Source: Hyphochytrium catenoides (Eukaryota > Protista > Hyphochytriomycota). From it: a stretch of DNA of 50,782 nt. The position numbers were made by a program, and so were the translations under genes. Below are positions 25,099-38,241 of this stretch, piece by piece; positions within the stretch are counted from its first letter, which is position 1, and every line of letters starts with the position of its first letter. The stretch is taken from positions 1-50,782 of the forward strand of contig FLMG01000978.1 of the NCBI GenBank assembly GCA_900088475.1, written 5' to 3'. The notes below the pieces were generated by a model. The model made no database searches and had not been told where the DNA came from. It saw only the letters and a program-made list of their open reading frames with translations.

Positions 25099-28000
25099 TT
25101 AAGTCGACTCAGCAAGTTGCCTAGCCTTGTCTTCCAGAAGCTGAGCCATCAGCCTTCAGCTTCTGCTCTAATAAATCCAGAACCCTACGTATTAGAATGT
25201 TAACAAGGCCACACCGTCGCATTCTTCCGCAAAGACTCCACTTCTTTCCACATCGTCGGACCACCTTCTCTCCACACAATGTCAATGTTCAAAAAAAAAC
25301 ACAAGCTCCATCAGCTCAATATTCCATACTTAGGCCTCTCCCCTGTCTTACCTGTGCGCCTCAGGCACGATCGCTTCTACACTATGCACGCCAAACATCC
25401 TCTGGAGCCCATGGAGGATCTTTCTCATCCTGCAGACATCTCCCAGCCCTGAGATGTTGTTCTCTATGAAGTCCTTGTTGGCGTGTGTCACCACGTAATT
25501 CTCTACGGGCTGCTCGTCTCTGTCTGCTTCCTCCTTCTCTCTCGGCACAGCTTTACCCTTGCACATTGCTTCTAGGACTTGTAAGACTCGGTGGGTGGAC
25601 GGCTTGCCCTCTGCCAACACACATATAGGCCGAAAGAGCCGAACGCTTTCAGAGAGATGAGAGCAACCAGAAGGGCAATGCCACTGACCTAGGCCTGCTA
25701 TCTGAGTTATCCGCTTCAACAAGCTCTCTGCTTCATTGATAAAAACATAGATCTCCTGCATGCATAGATGGTCAGTCAATAATGTCCTAAAGTGGCCGCG
25801 GCAGCAGAGTCGTAAGCGCAAGAAGTCTTACACGGTTGGGCTATCCTTGTCCCAAAGAGAGGGGAGACATGGAAGGTGCTCTAAAGGCAGGGATAGAGTG
25901 AGGGCGAGAGCTCAAATGGTCAGAAGAGAGAAGCGAAAGTTCGTGTCATCTTACGTTCATTTTAGGGAAAATGCCCTCCACGCCCTTGACGCCAAAGAGA
26001 TACATAAAGTGATGGACCACGCGATGGATGAAGTGGTTGGGGTCCTCCTAAGCCCAAGGAAGAGTGAATCATCATCAGGAGTATAAGGTGCGGGACGGGA
26101 AAGCACAGAAAATTGGGCCTCAGCATCACGTCGTCCCACCTCCAAACAGTACTCAGTCCTTTTCATGCTTACCTTCAGCCTCTTCTCAGCTTCTTCTATA
26201 AAGTTGGCATCCTCTAGGCGCTGTCGATCCTTCTGCACCAGCTCTCTGACCGCAGAGATGATCTTACATAGCAGAAAAAAGACAAAGGCACGGAACACCG
26301 TCGTTACGGTTCATGAGTGATCGAAGAGGTCACATGAAATGAGAGCGAGGGAAGAAGGACCCCCCCGGGACAGTGAGGGAGACTGAAAACCGTGGACCAC
26401 AGGGCATATGGTTCGCTGTGGGCAACGTTTACCTGGAGATCTGTCAGTCCCTGATCCTGTGCGACTTCTCCTTGTCCTTCTGGCCTCTTTAGCAGTTCTG
26501 CCTCAACTTTCCTCCGTAGCGTCTGATTGGAGTTTGTTAGCACCAAAGTGCTGAGGTTGGGCACAGCTGACCCGGAGAGGATGAACGCCAATCACTTAGA
26601 GGCAAGGAAGAGTAAAGAGATGGTTACAAGATAGAAGCACATATGTGGATATCGCTCTAATGACTGCGCGCCAATGGGTTCTTACGTTCTGGAGATCCAG
26701 GTCCAGGAGTCGCTGTTCCCATTTCCTTAGCTCACCATACAGCTGCAAGAGAGAGAAGAGTCAGCATGCAGAGGAAAGTAGTAGAAGTGGAAGTCATATG
26801 ATGGCCGATGAGATCACGGCTCGGTGCTCGCAACAAAGACACTTTATTATCCTGCTCCCCCAAAGCTGTACACACCTTGGTTAGATTACGTCGCGGTCGC
26901 CCATTCGAATAAGCTGCCTGAGGGTCCGTTTTCTGGAGAGAGTTGAATGAGGGACGGGATGATAAAAGGAGCAGGATGACAGCTAAATGGCCGATGCAAT
27001 GTTAAAAGAGAATCGATCAACCAGTAGAAGACTAACATTCGTCAGCATCAACAAGCAGAGAAGAGAGAGGGGGAGAGCGAGAGGAGAAGAGAGAGAGAAA
27101 GAGGGAAGGAGAAGAGAAGAGAACCAAGCAGAGAAAGGATCCATAGAGTGTGGCTAACGTACCCTATTGTAAGAGTCGACGAGATCTGCCACGTCATTCA
27201 CAAAGAACTCCAGCTTTGGAACTGCGGTCATGACCTTTGACATCTTCTCAATGGCCTGTGCAGAGCAATAAGAGCCCGTTGAGTATGAGGACAGAGGATA
27301 GAGCAATAGTCGAAAGAGCGTTAACGAGAAGTCTACAGGGTGCAAAGTGGTAGGTAATGCAGGTGGATACTTACGGGGGCGATGAGTCCAATGTCTGAAA
27401 GCTGAAGGAGGCGACAGACTTCCTTTAAGACCTGTTTCGATGGGCAGGTGAAGTCGGAAGGGAGTCAACACCACTATAGTAAGAAGGAGAGACTTCTATT
27501 TGCACTGCCAGACCGATGAAGGAGAGCTCTTTCGAGGGTACGAGAGAGGAAGAGATAGGCAGGCATTATGTACCTCCACAGCCGTTTCCTTCTGAATGAA
27601 GTCCAGCCTGTTCAGCTGCAGTCTATGATTCTCCTTGTCCCTCTTGATAAGCTCTTTCGTGTCCATCAAGCGCCTTAGCTCCCTTATCTCTGTCGCTTCC
27701 CGACTCTCGCTTCGTGCCTTCTCCACCTCCCGCTCAAGCTCTCGAACGCGCTTCGTTGTTTCTTTCCACTCTCGAAGACTAGGCAGAAGGGAGACGGAGA
27801 AGACAATGGGCCACGTAAGGCTTGAACGTATGGACTACCGTCACGAAAGTTGATGAAACAAGAGATGTGCCAATAAAGGAAATGCACGGAGAGACTCTGG
27901 CTTGCAAGGGGCAGAGGGTTATCGGAAGCAGAAGGAGAAAGAGACAACACCAGGAAGGGTTGATCAGTCGGAGGTGATTAAGCAAAAAGCTGTTGACCAT

Positions 28001-31000
28001 CGAACCTCGGTCTAGAATCGACCTCCAGCTGCAGGTTGGCATTCTCTTCTTCTAACTCTTTGACCCTTTTGGTTGCATCCTTCAAATAATGCTCCAGCTG
28101 TTGCACCTTAGAGGCAATTGCCGCCTCCCGCTTGTGAAGTCGTTCCGCTGCTTGCTCCTAGAGAGCGACATACGAGGCGTCAGAGGGAGCCAAGCTATTA
28201 ATCATGCAGAAGTTTAAGGGAGAGGACATGAGAAGTGGGGAAAGATCGATTAAGCACACTGATATTGGCAGGAACTATTCGTGGCAGGAGAAAGAGGAAG
28301 AATGTAGGTTGCAGCAGCATAATAGCGCACAGTTCATGCGAAGAGATGTTGGGACGGGACCGAGGAGAAAGAAAGAGTCTCGGTAGTCCTTTAAAGCCTC
28401 CAGTCTGAGAGTGAGCAGAGCTGCTAACCTGCTGCCGTCTCACTCTTTCCAGATGATCCAATAGCTGTTGAGACTCTTGAGCAGTAGGCAACTGTCCGCC
28501 TTCAGACGGCAGTCGTGCCAACTCATTCTCTCTATTCCGTAGCTCACCATTCAGCCTCCTGACCTGTGTTAGTGGCAGTACATCAGCTTCGAAAAAAATT
28601 TCAATCAGACAAACAAAGCAAAGTAGGACTAGGACTAACCTCTCCCTCAAGATGGTGGATCTCCTCCTCCATCTTCTCTCTTTCGCGAACAAACATTTGA
28701 GAAAATTTAATGAGCTTTGTGTCCATAGAAGACGTCCTGCGTCCATCTTTTTTGTTCAGTTCTGAAAGAAAGTCTCTACTTCTCTCTTTCTCTCTCTCTT
28801 GTTTCGTCCCTTCCGCCCTCAACTTTTCTTGAAGCTTCTGCGCCATGTTCTCCCTCTGCTTTACTCTGTGCTCACTGGTGCTCAGCTGCTGCTTGAGGCT
28901 TGCGACCTGACTCTTGAAGCGTTTCTTGCTTTCGGTCGCTTGTCTTTCCGCTTCCTGAAGCATCTCCTATCACGTGAAACAGTCAGCCAAGGTCCCCTTC
29001 ATCCCTTCCACCGGTTAGAAGGGCACATCTCTTGCTGTTAGCAGATGGGCAGTACTAGGAGGCACTAACCCGAGCGCCTGTACGAAGAAAATTTTCCAAG
29101 AGTGCCATTTCCCCCATCAACAGGATGGTCTACCTTCAGTTTGGTCTTCTCTGCGTCAGACGCCTTGAGGGCATGTGCCAGCTCTTTCTTCTCTTTCGCC
29201 ACTTTCTCTCTCTCCGACCTTAGACGGTCAGCTTCTTGGGTAGCACTGTGCCTTTCTAGCGTTATTTCTTCTATCAGCTACAAATATAAGGCAAAACCGA
29301 TATGAGAACGAGCACAGGCAGTGAGCACCTCAAAGGAGACGGTCTCTCAAACTATCATCTCGGGATAAAGGGCAATGAAGAGACAGCCAAAGCAATGACG
29401 GGTGAATAAAAGCAAGAGAGAGAGAAGTAGCCGAGAAGTGGGAGAGAGGGAAAGGGACTGACCCAGGGAAAGAGCAGAAAAGAGGTAGAGCTTCAAACTT
29501 TTTTGCCTACCTCTCTCTTTTTATGGAGTTCGTATAGCGTCTTGCGCATCATCAATGTGAGCGGGTTGACCCACACCTCACTCTGTGCTCCCAACCGCTC
29601 TAAAGGTGGGGCCGGCAAAGGATCAAAGCCGCCAGCAGCGAGGAAGTCATTCATACTCCGCCACTGCTTCAATAAGTCCTCTCCCTTGGACGTTGACCTC
29701 TCAGTAGCTGCTTCATTAGCGGAGGGCGGTCTCTCTTGGTGCTCCTCAACAGGATCTCCCTGCTCGCTACCAAGATCGGATGCCTCTTCTTGAGCTTTCT
29801 CACTTTTCTGCTGGTGGGGACCTTGCTGCATCTGCAGTGCAGCGGCCCGTGACGCTTTGTAGCCTTTGGCTGCTAGGTCTCTGCCTTCCGAAGTTCTCTC
29901 TCCTTCTTTCGCTTCTGTCCTCGACTTGACGCTTTCCCTCTCTCCAGCCTCTAACATCCTAAACTCCCGCAAATATTGCTCCATAGACTGACTTAAAAAT
30001 GCACTGGTGTCTCCTTCAACTGCCGCTTCCCAGTCAGCAGCGGTCGACGGCTTGTCCAAGCCAAAGGTTGCTTCAGTGGCTGAAGTACGGGAACCTCCCG
30101 AGATAGGTTTCTCATCCCTGGGAACCTCGGCTAGAGAGCCTTGGCGAGAGAGAGGACAAATAGCGGACGGATAGATGAAAGTAAGCGGTCGCCGAGTACG
30201 ACAGTAAGAGGTTCAATAGAAGAAGGGATAAAAAGCCAAGTGCTCCATAATAGATGAATGGGTGAGCAAAGACCAAGGTAACGTCAATCTATAGCGACAG
30301 ACTGAGGAGACAGAGGACAGAGGATAATAGTTTAGATTAAGAGAAAGGATGAAGCTCCACTGCGCACCTAGGTCACTCATCCTTTCCGCGTTTGCCATCA
30401 TAGCGCCTGCGTCATCTTCACTGGCAAACTGATCGCTGTCCCTGCGACCTGAGGGATCAGGGTCATGGTCTTGGTCGTGTGGGTCTGCGGTGACTACATC
30501 TGTTCTCTGTTCTATCAAATCCAGCACCTTTTGCCCAGCAGGAGCCTGAGCCTTTGACTCACGCGCTAGCGCTTCTATGTCAGGCGCCTCCAAGTCCGCC
30601 TCTAGGGAGCCTAAAGATTCTCCATGAAAGTCATAGCTGTCTTCAGAGGTATTCCCCAGCACTCTGCCTTCTCTCTTGTCAACTTCCTTGCGCCTGTTAG
30701 AGGCTTCAGCTGCTCTAACTTGCATTAGTAGTGACCCAAGGCCTTCTTGTGAAGCGCTATCGAATGAGGCGAAGGCTCTCTCTGTCTCTGCAGAGAGCGA
30801 GGGGAACTTTGGGCTCAACGCGTCCTCGCCATCTTCTGAGCCTGAGCCAGACAGGTTATGAGCCTCATTATCGCTCGGCTCTATATGGATGCCTTGAGAC
30901 GCGAGAAAGTTGTCAATGGCGCTTAAGTTGAGGCTGGGAGTCAGGCTGAAGCCCAAGCCGTGGTCACTCTTCGCGCTTCTCTTCGAGCCCTTTTGAGATC

Positions 31001-31049
31001 CTCCTTTATGTCCTTTCCCACCCTTCTGCTCTTCCTCTGTACTACTCAT
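25099..31049 (-). CDS. CEP70: Centrosomal protein CEP70-like coiled-coil protein (~16 exons)
   Basis: All exons join through canonical GT-AG. Contains QWRSMNDFLAAGGFDPLP, long coiled coils, SRPSLREWK, DTKELIKRDK, VLKEVCRLLQLSDI and the CEP70-type C-terminal HRVVHHFMYLFGVKGVEGIFPKMNEIYVF. The start (MSSTEEE, 31049) and last exon (RLMAQLLEDK...*, stop at 25099) are less certain. Confidence 0.8.
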
Positions 31050-31829
31050 CTCTGCCTTGGGGCCTTCCCAAGACTCACAGTTGCCAGCCAAACGCCACTA
31101 TTCGTTCTTCGACTGCTCTTCTTTCACGAAGCGAAAGGGTAACAATGGAAGGAGACACGCTGGCCTTGTTAGCTCATCGTCCATGTAAGGCAACTGCTAC
31201 TCGCGCTTGCAGACCCTTCAGCACAAGGAAGAGCCCATTCTAAACAAATTATAATAGAGCTAACGGCACCCTTTGCCACTCTTCTGTCAAGACGGGAGAG
31301 GCTGTCATCAGTCTTTGGTCTCTGAAGCTCTGTGCTCAGCAGCAGACAAAAACTCTGTCGTTTGAATTCTTCTGCATCTTTTTCTTCTCCCGCCAGGATG
31401 CTGGCGGTTAGCGGCTATGTATATCGGGTGTAGCCCATTCATTGGAAAGGTCAAGTTGGACCGCTTTAACTGCACATACTACGAGATAACAACTACAGCA
31501 AGATTAGCGGTTTTTGTTCTATTTTTGAAGATCCGGTCGAGGCCAAGGAGACGACAGACATTTCCGAGCAGATTTTTAGAGCTCAAGCGAAGCCAGTGGG
31601 CCAGCCCTGCTCAGTATGGCTCGCCGCGCGATGCCGGATGTTAACAGCTGATAATGTCATCTACGTACTATCTAAGTTGTTTCATTGAGAGATCCCTTGA
31701 CGCTGACATAGCCGAGGAAGGCAACGGGTACGGACTTAGTTTGACAGAGACTTGCTTCGAAGCAGAGAAGTAGACCTATCGATGATATAAACAGCAGCGG
31801 TTTGGATCTCTAGGCCCCATTGACCGGAC

Positions 31830-33540
31830 TTATATTACTCGCACATCTTCACTGTGCTGTAGTCTACTATGTGAGGATAGCATCAGTGGAGAGCTCCACA
31901 TCGAGAAGGTAGAGCCGCTCTCTCCGCCACTTGCCTTCTCACCTTTCTCCAGCCCTTTATTGCCAGCCGCCTGATGAGCTTTCCGCCTCTCTGCAAGAGT
32001 CTGAGACAAGCTTTCGTAGACTTCGTGAGCTCTACCAGAGAGCATATGGTTTCTATAGATGCCTTCCTCCCTAGAAGTGACAGACAAAGATGTGCCAGGG
32101 ATCATAGGAAACATAGCTTCACTCGATATTGATGGCAACTCTTCTCCTCCCTCCCGCTCAGGGTCACCAGACCCTTTCGACTCCTCTTCTGACGGGTCTT
32201 TCTCTTCCACAAGCACTCGCCGTCCTCCAAAGTCTGCCGCACGCATAAAGAACGTTTAGATTTGAGTACCAGTGCCTTAGAAGACGAGGTAAAAGACTGG
32301 CAGCCCAGGCAAACAAGGAAGGAGGTACGAATAGGAAGAAAGGAGCCAACGGCCAATCTGGAGCTACTGCTAGGAGCCATGCATGCGCAGTAGGGACGCA
32401 GAGTAATGCTGGGATACACCCAATGAGATCAGAAGAAGCAGAGGTTGAAGGGGAACGTTTATTCAGCCTGAAGGAGCCCAACATCTCCACAACAAGAGAG
32501 ACGAATGAGGAGAAAGCAAGGGTGCCAGGAGAAGGAAGACTATACAGCGTTAGACAAAAGAAAGAGTGAAACTGTTCCTTACCTATTGCAACTTTGACAT
32601 TCCTCCCGCTCCGTTTAGCAGCCTCGCGCCTCTGCTCTGCTTTCTCTAGGGCCCTCTTCCGCTCCTCCTCCGACACCCAAGCGGAGTTAGCCGTAGAAAA
32701 GTAATCGACCTGATCATCGTACACTTGAGTCCTCTTCGCGGCATTCCTGTCAAACTCCAAGAGCCTTTCTTTATGTCTCAAGGCTTTCTCTAGTTCTTCT
32801 TGATCTTTGGTGTCTCTCCCGTTCTCTCCAAGGCTCTCCGCAGTGGCCTGAGCAATCAGTTCCGCCTCTTTCTCTTCCTCTGTGAGTGCCCTGGGGGCTT
32901 GGCCATCTAGTGCCTTGCCACAGAAAGTGCAGCGCTGCGCAGCCCCGTCAAAGTCAATCTTCCCGCAGAAGAGACAGTTCCGCACTTTTCCTTTGTTGCT
33001 ATCCTCTTTCTTCTTCCCTCCTGTACTTCCCACTTTCTTCTTTGAAGCTTGCTGTTTGACTGTAAGGTTGCCAAAGGCCGCGCCTGGCTTTGACTCAGCG
33101 GGGCCTCTGACTGCTGCTGCTGAAGCTCTGCCAACACCTGCCATGTATTGCTCCTGTCTTGAAGGCTTGACATAAAGGTTGCTGCTGCTTCCTGAAGGCA
33201 CCGGAGCTGAGGAGGCCGAAGGCTTGGGAAACGAAGGGGTTGTCTTTCCTTCTATCCGTGTGGTTCTTTCTCCTTTTCTATGTGTGGAATCTACTGAGCT
33301 TGCAGAAACGGTACTGCGCAGCCCTACTCCTGTTGAGTGATTGCGTTTCTCTATGAGCTTCTGTGCAAAAGCAGTGACTGAACCTTCGTCCCCTAGAAGT
33401 TGCATCATATAGTCCATCAGCTCGGTCGGATTCTGGATGCTCAGAAGGTACGTGGCAATCTCTTCCACTTCTTGGAAGCCAAGCATATTCCTCAGCTCCG
33501 CCACCGCCCAATCCTTCACGCTTGCGTTACGTGACGCCAT
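31830..33540 (-). CDS. TRIP4: Activating signal cointegrator 1/Rqt4-like zinc-finger protein (no ASCH domain)
   Basis: N-terminal PWI-like helical region (WAVAELRNMLGF...YLLSI...DYMMQLLG), NCLFCGKI...CTFCG, KALRHKERLLEFDRNAAKRTQVYDDQVDYF and VAI/DFGGRRV. Exons at about 33540-32584 and 32233-31830. Confidence 0.85.
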
Positions 33541-34085
33541 TCTTCTCGTGGATCTTGTGCCAGCCTTCGTGGACGTTTCCTACAGGAGAGAAGGCTATCC
33601 ACGGCGTGAAATATGGCGCTCCGTCTCTTAGAAGGAGTTCTCTACTCTAGCTGCTGAGCAGACAGAGAATAACCTAGGCCGTGTATGGCTCTCTCACTCT
33701 TGGCAGATCAGGGAAGAATAGCTGCTTATAGACTGCGATATTTGTAGCTGCAAGTTCGACTTTCTTGAAGTGGCTACTTTGCTTCTAGCTACCTTGTTTT
33801 CATCACTCCATCACGCTTCATCCCGCTCCCGCATTGGCCTTCTGGGCTGTGGAAGGTGCTGCGGATCTCTATGAAGACTGCAGATTCTCTGATTTTTCTG
33901 CGCGGCGGACCTTCATTCTGCAAGGAGCTTACATAGATAACAATGTTAGCCATTATGGGTCTGCGGTGCATTTACTGTATGGCTTTGAAGAAGAAGTTTC
34001 AACTGGGTTAATCGTAACTCGAAGCGGGTAACCTGGCTACTGGCTAGCAGAATTTGAGTTTTGCGAACTCTCGCAACTTGAGAGA

Positions 34086-34315
34086 CTCCCCTCCCTCTCT
34101 TCTCCTTCTTCGGTCCTCTCTCTCTCTCTTTCTCTCTCTTTCTCTTTTCTCTCTTCCTCTTCTCTCTCTCTCTCCCGCTCCCTCTCTCTCTCTCTCTCTC
34201 TCTTTCCTCTCTCTCTCTCTCTCTCTCTCTCGTTCTCTCTCGCCCCCTCCTTCTCTCTCTCTCTCACTCGCTTTCTCACTGTCTCTCTCTCACTCACTCA
34301 CTCTCTCTCCTCTCC
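34086..34315. repeat. Polypyrimidine (CT)n tract between divergent TRIP4 and ERCC6L
   Basis: About 230 nt of almost exclusively C/T on the + strand. Confidence 0.9.
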
Positions 34316-34532
34316 AGAATGTCTTCTCATCATCAGGACCTCTCTTGGTTCTCGCAGCCTCCGGCTAACTTCTTACGCTTATTCCCAGCACCTTGCTCCT
34401 GTGCAGAAGAAGCCGTGAGATCCCTGCCCTCTACCTCTGGTAGATAACAAAGCAGAAGGCCTTACCTTTCCTTAGAATAACCTCTGCGGTAGCGGGAAGA
34501 AGAGAGCCTCCATAGCTGAGTGGGAAAGCATC

Positions 34533-37054
34533 ATGAAGCCAGAGACTCCTGGTCCAGGAGGTAGAAAGGCTGCGAAGCTGCAGTACAACGCTGCCATCAG
34601 GCGGGGGAAAGCTGCAGAAGAAAGCGGAGAGGATAGAGCAGCTCTGAGTGCATACTTGGAAGCGATAGAAGCGCTGCAAGGCTCTACTTTTAGCCCTGAA
34701 GAGGGAGAGAAGCATAAAAAAAAACTCGAGAAGAAGATCGGCAAGCTTCAAGCCAAATTATCTGACTCGACAATTGACAGCCCATGCGACGGCGCTCTTC
34801 CTGAGGGCAAAGATGATGACAGAGGAACAGATCGGTCGGAGGAGAGGCAGAGAATGGATGAGAATCCTTCTTCTCCTTCTCCACTCTCTCGCTTTCAGTA
34901 CAACGAGGACACCGGCCAGTGCCTGCTAGACTCGTCTCTCTCGCTTCCCTTGGCCCAGTACCGCAGGCTGTATAAGTATCAGATCGAGGGTATCCTCTGG
35001 CTCTATCGCCTGCATCAGAAAGGAGAAGGAGGCATTCTAGGTGATGAGATGGGCCTAGGAAAGACGGTACAGATCTGCAGCTTTGTCTCGGGGCTCCTTA
35101 CGACGAAGAAGATCCATTCTGTCCTCATAGTGGCTCCAGTCTCTGTGATGCCCAGCTGGCAGACTGAGCTGGAGACGCAAGGAATAGTTGGAAAGCGGTT
35201 GCGGGTGTGCGATAGTAAAGCTTCAGCATCTGAGAGAGGGAGAGCAATACAGCGTGTGATGAAGAGAGGCGGCGTTTGCCTTACAAGCTATGGCCTGATC
35301 CAGCACAACTTAGACAGATTCAGACTCTTCTCCCCTGAGACAGACAGAGTGGACGAGCACACGTGGGACTATGTGATATTGGATGAAGGGCACAAGATCA
35401 AGAATCCTCAGGCCATGATCACGAAGGCTCTGCATCAGATCCGAGCTCGATATCGGATCATCTTAACGGGCACTCCCATCCAGAACAACCTGGAAGAGCT
35501 ATGGTCGCTGTTTGACTTCTGCTGTCAAAGGCGCCTGTTAGGCTCCAAACAGAGCTTTCACTATCGATTTGGAGGCAAGATACTTCGAGGACGGGACAAG
35601 AGTGCAACAGACAGAGAAAGAGAGGCTGCAGCAGCCGCGACGCATGCGTTGTGGGAGGTGATCCAGCCTTTTATTTTGCAGAGGCTGCGGAAAGAAGTCC
35701 TTTTCGAGAGAGACGAGAGCGGCATCTTCGTTGAGGGACCCCTTGGCCAACTGGTGCCATCTTTCTCCCCTTTCCCGTCTCTTGAAGGTGACAAGGAAGA
35801 GGAGAGAGAGAAACAAGCAAAGAGAGAAGATGTGGCTCCAGCAAAAACAGAGATGGTCGTCTGGACACCTCTCTCGTCAAGCCAGGAAGAGATCTATCGC
35901 CGTTACCTGGACAATGTTGATCTTCATGAGTTTCTGACCATGTCACGGTCCCCATTAGCTGCAATTACCTTTCTCAAGAAAGTCTGCGGGCACGCTGCCC
36001 TCGTCAACGCCTCTTCTCTTCCCGTCTCTCTCTCTCCTTCTGAGCTTTTAGCTGGGTCTGGGAAGCTACGCCTGCTGGTGCATCTTACACAGCAGCTAAT
36101 ACGTGACAGGCATCGCACGCTTATCTTCTCACAGAGTAAGAAGATGTTAGACATCATTGCCATTGTCTTCCAAGAGAAAGGTTTCTCTTTCCTTCGTCTA
36201 GATGGGACCGTTGGGACGGGCAGAGACCGTCAGGAGCTGGTGCGCAAGTTCAATGAAGAAGAGTCAATCAATTGCTTTCTTCTAACAACAGGAGTGGGAG
36301 GAGTGGGGCTTAATCTGACTGGTGCAGACCGAGTGATTCTCTACGATCCAGCGTGGAACCCTGCGGTAGATAGTCAGGCTATAGGGAGAGGTGAGGAACC
36401 CTCTGGGGGTCTAGAGAACCCCATGTTCTTTCCTTCCTTTCACTTTCTCTCTCTCTCTCTCTGTCTGTCTGTCTGTGTGTGTCTCTCTCTCGTGGATGTC
36501 TGTTTGTCTACCTCTCACTCCCTCGTGATTTTCCTCGAACAGCTTGCCGTATAGGCCAGAAGAAGCATGTTGTGGCGTACCGGTTCATCACCTGCAGCAC
36601 TGTGGAAGAGAAGATGTATGGCAAGCAGGTGTTCAAGGACGGACTCATCAAGACTATCAGAGAGAAGATCAGCCAGCAGAGATACTTTACCAGGGCGGAG
36701 CTCAGGGTGAGAATCTGAATCTTTCACGTGGCTTTTCTTAACCTCTATTGGGCTTTATTGCGGCTTCTTCCTCCTTGCTTATGCCCCTAGACTTGCCTCC
36801 GGCTGGGTTTCTCGCGTTTCCTCCTTTCTGCGCCAATCTGCCTTTATTTTTGCCGATCTTTCTTAGCTAGTAGCTGCTAAGACGAGATGCCTAAATCATA
36901 TAGGATATGTTTACTCTTGAAGATCCAAGGTAGGGAGAGGGACACAGGCTTAGAGCTGCTGTCTCTTCTGCCAGCTTCTATATCGTCTGCATGTTTCTTT
37001 CCGTCGTCACAGGTTGTGCCACTATTCACTCACCAACTCATCTACTTGAACTTT

Positions 37055-37091
<37 letters not shown>

Positions 37092-38068
37092 GTCTCTTTC
37101 AACTCCATGACAGTCGCTCCAAGCTTTGCGACGAGCTGAATGAGAAGCATGAGTCCTCCGCTTCCCTTCAGACGGAGGAGCAAAAGAACATACGCACAAG
37201 CTTCCAGGACTTCCTGGACGAAGGCCTTTGCTATGGCTTGAGCTGCCACGACCTTCTGTACTCGGAGGAAGGACAGGAGGAAGAAGACGTATCTCCTGAG
37301 GCGATAGAGGAGATTCTTAACGACAATGGAGACGGAGTCACTATCTCTCGACCACATCGCCCGAGGAGTGCCAGGAAAACGAGCGCTTCGCCTCCTGATG
37401 CTGATTCCCGTTCACTAAACGGAGAGAAGGGAAGAGAGAATGTCTCCATTCCTACCGGCAGCGACGAAGAGGGGAGAGAAAGCGACGTAGAGGAAGAGCT
37501 TCAGGGCCCTGAGTTTGACATTGACGAGGAGTTTCTGGCTCTAGAGACACAATTCAACCACTTACAAGTTGACCCTGCTGACTCTCATCACTATCCTCAA
37601 GTGGAAAGAAGGGAGGAGAGTGACCCAAGGCGGACGTTAGAAGAGAGACTGGACCAAGTTGATGAAGACAGAGATGGCGCAGAGACACCGGACAGCCGGG
37701 AGCCTAAGGAGAAAAACGGTGGATCGCCCTCTCTTTTCGACCTCGAGAACCGTCACCTTCCGACACCGGAAATGAAGAAAGCTGATCCGATTAAGCGTCT
37801 TTGTTCATCAGCAGAGGCATGCTCCCTCAACCGGGAGACGCTCTTAGAAGCCGGCATCAGGCAACAGCTCTCTCCTTGTCTCTGTCTCATCAGCCCTGAG
37901 AGGATGAAGCGCTATGCAGCCCTATGCGCCGAGGGGAAGGAGAATGAGAGCGAAGGCCAGACACTTCTTGCTCTAGAGAGCTACCTTCAGGCCATTCAGC
38001 AGTATGATGGGAACCTTACGGACCATCACAGGGTCAAGGACCTAGCGACAAGAGCGAAGCTTCTTTAG
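34533..38068 (+). CDS. ERCC6L: SNF2-family DNA translocase ERCC6L/PICH-like with N- and C-terminal TPR-like helices
   Basis: GGILGDEMGLGKT, WDYVILDEGHKIKN, LTGTPIQNNL, LIFSQSKKMLDII, LLTTGVGGVGLNLTGADRV, WNPAVDSQAIGRACRIGQ and EEKMYGKQVFK. TPR-like YNAAIRRGKAAEE and YAALCAEGKENE segments sit at the two ends, as in PICH. The exon 3 acceptor is ambiguous. Confidence 0.88.
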
Positions 38069-38241
38069 CAAGAGCTTCTGTCATGATCTTGACTGCCTCT
38101 TGGCGTCACCTTCAGGGTCGACTAACAACCTGTACACCGTCACGGCTTGCCTACATATACTAGTGACTTATGCAAGAGGCAGCCGAGATGGTCTGGGTTT
38201 TCATTATGTAAATAGTATACTTTCTTAGATAATGCGATGCT

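Noticed and set aside
33789-34031. Short ORFs between TRIP4 and ERCC6L
   Set aside because: No motifs and no convincing splice connection; probably promoter sequence.
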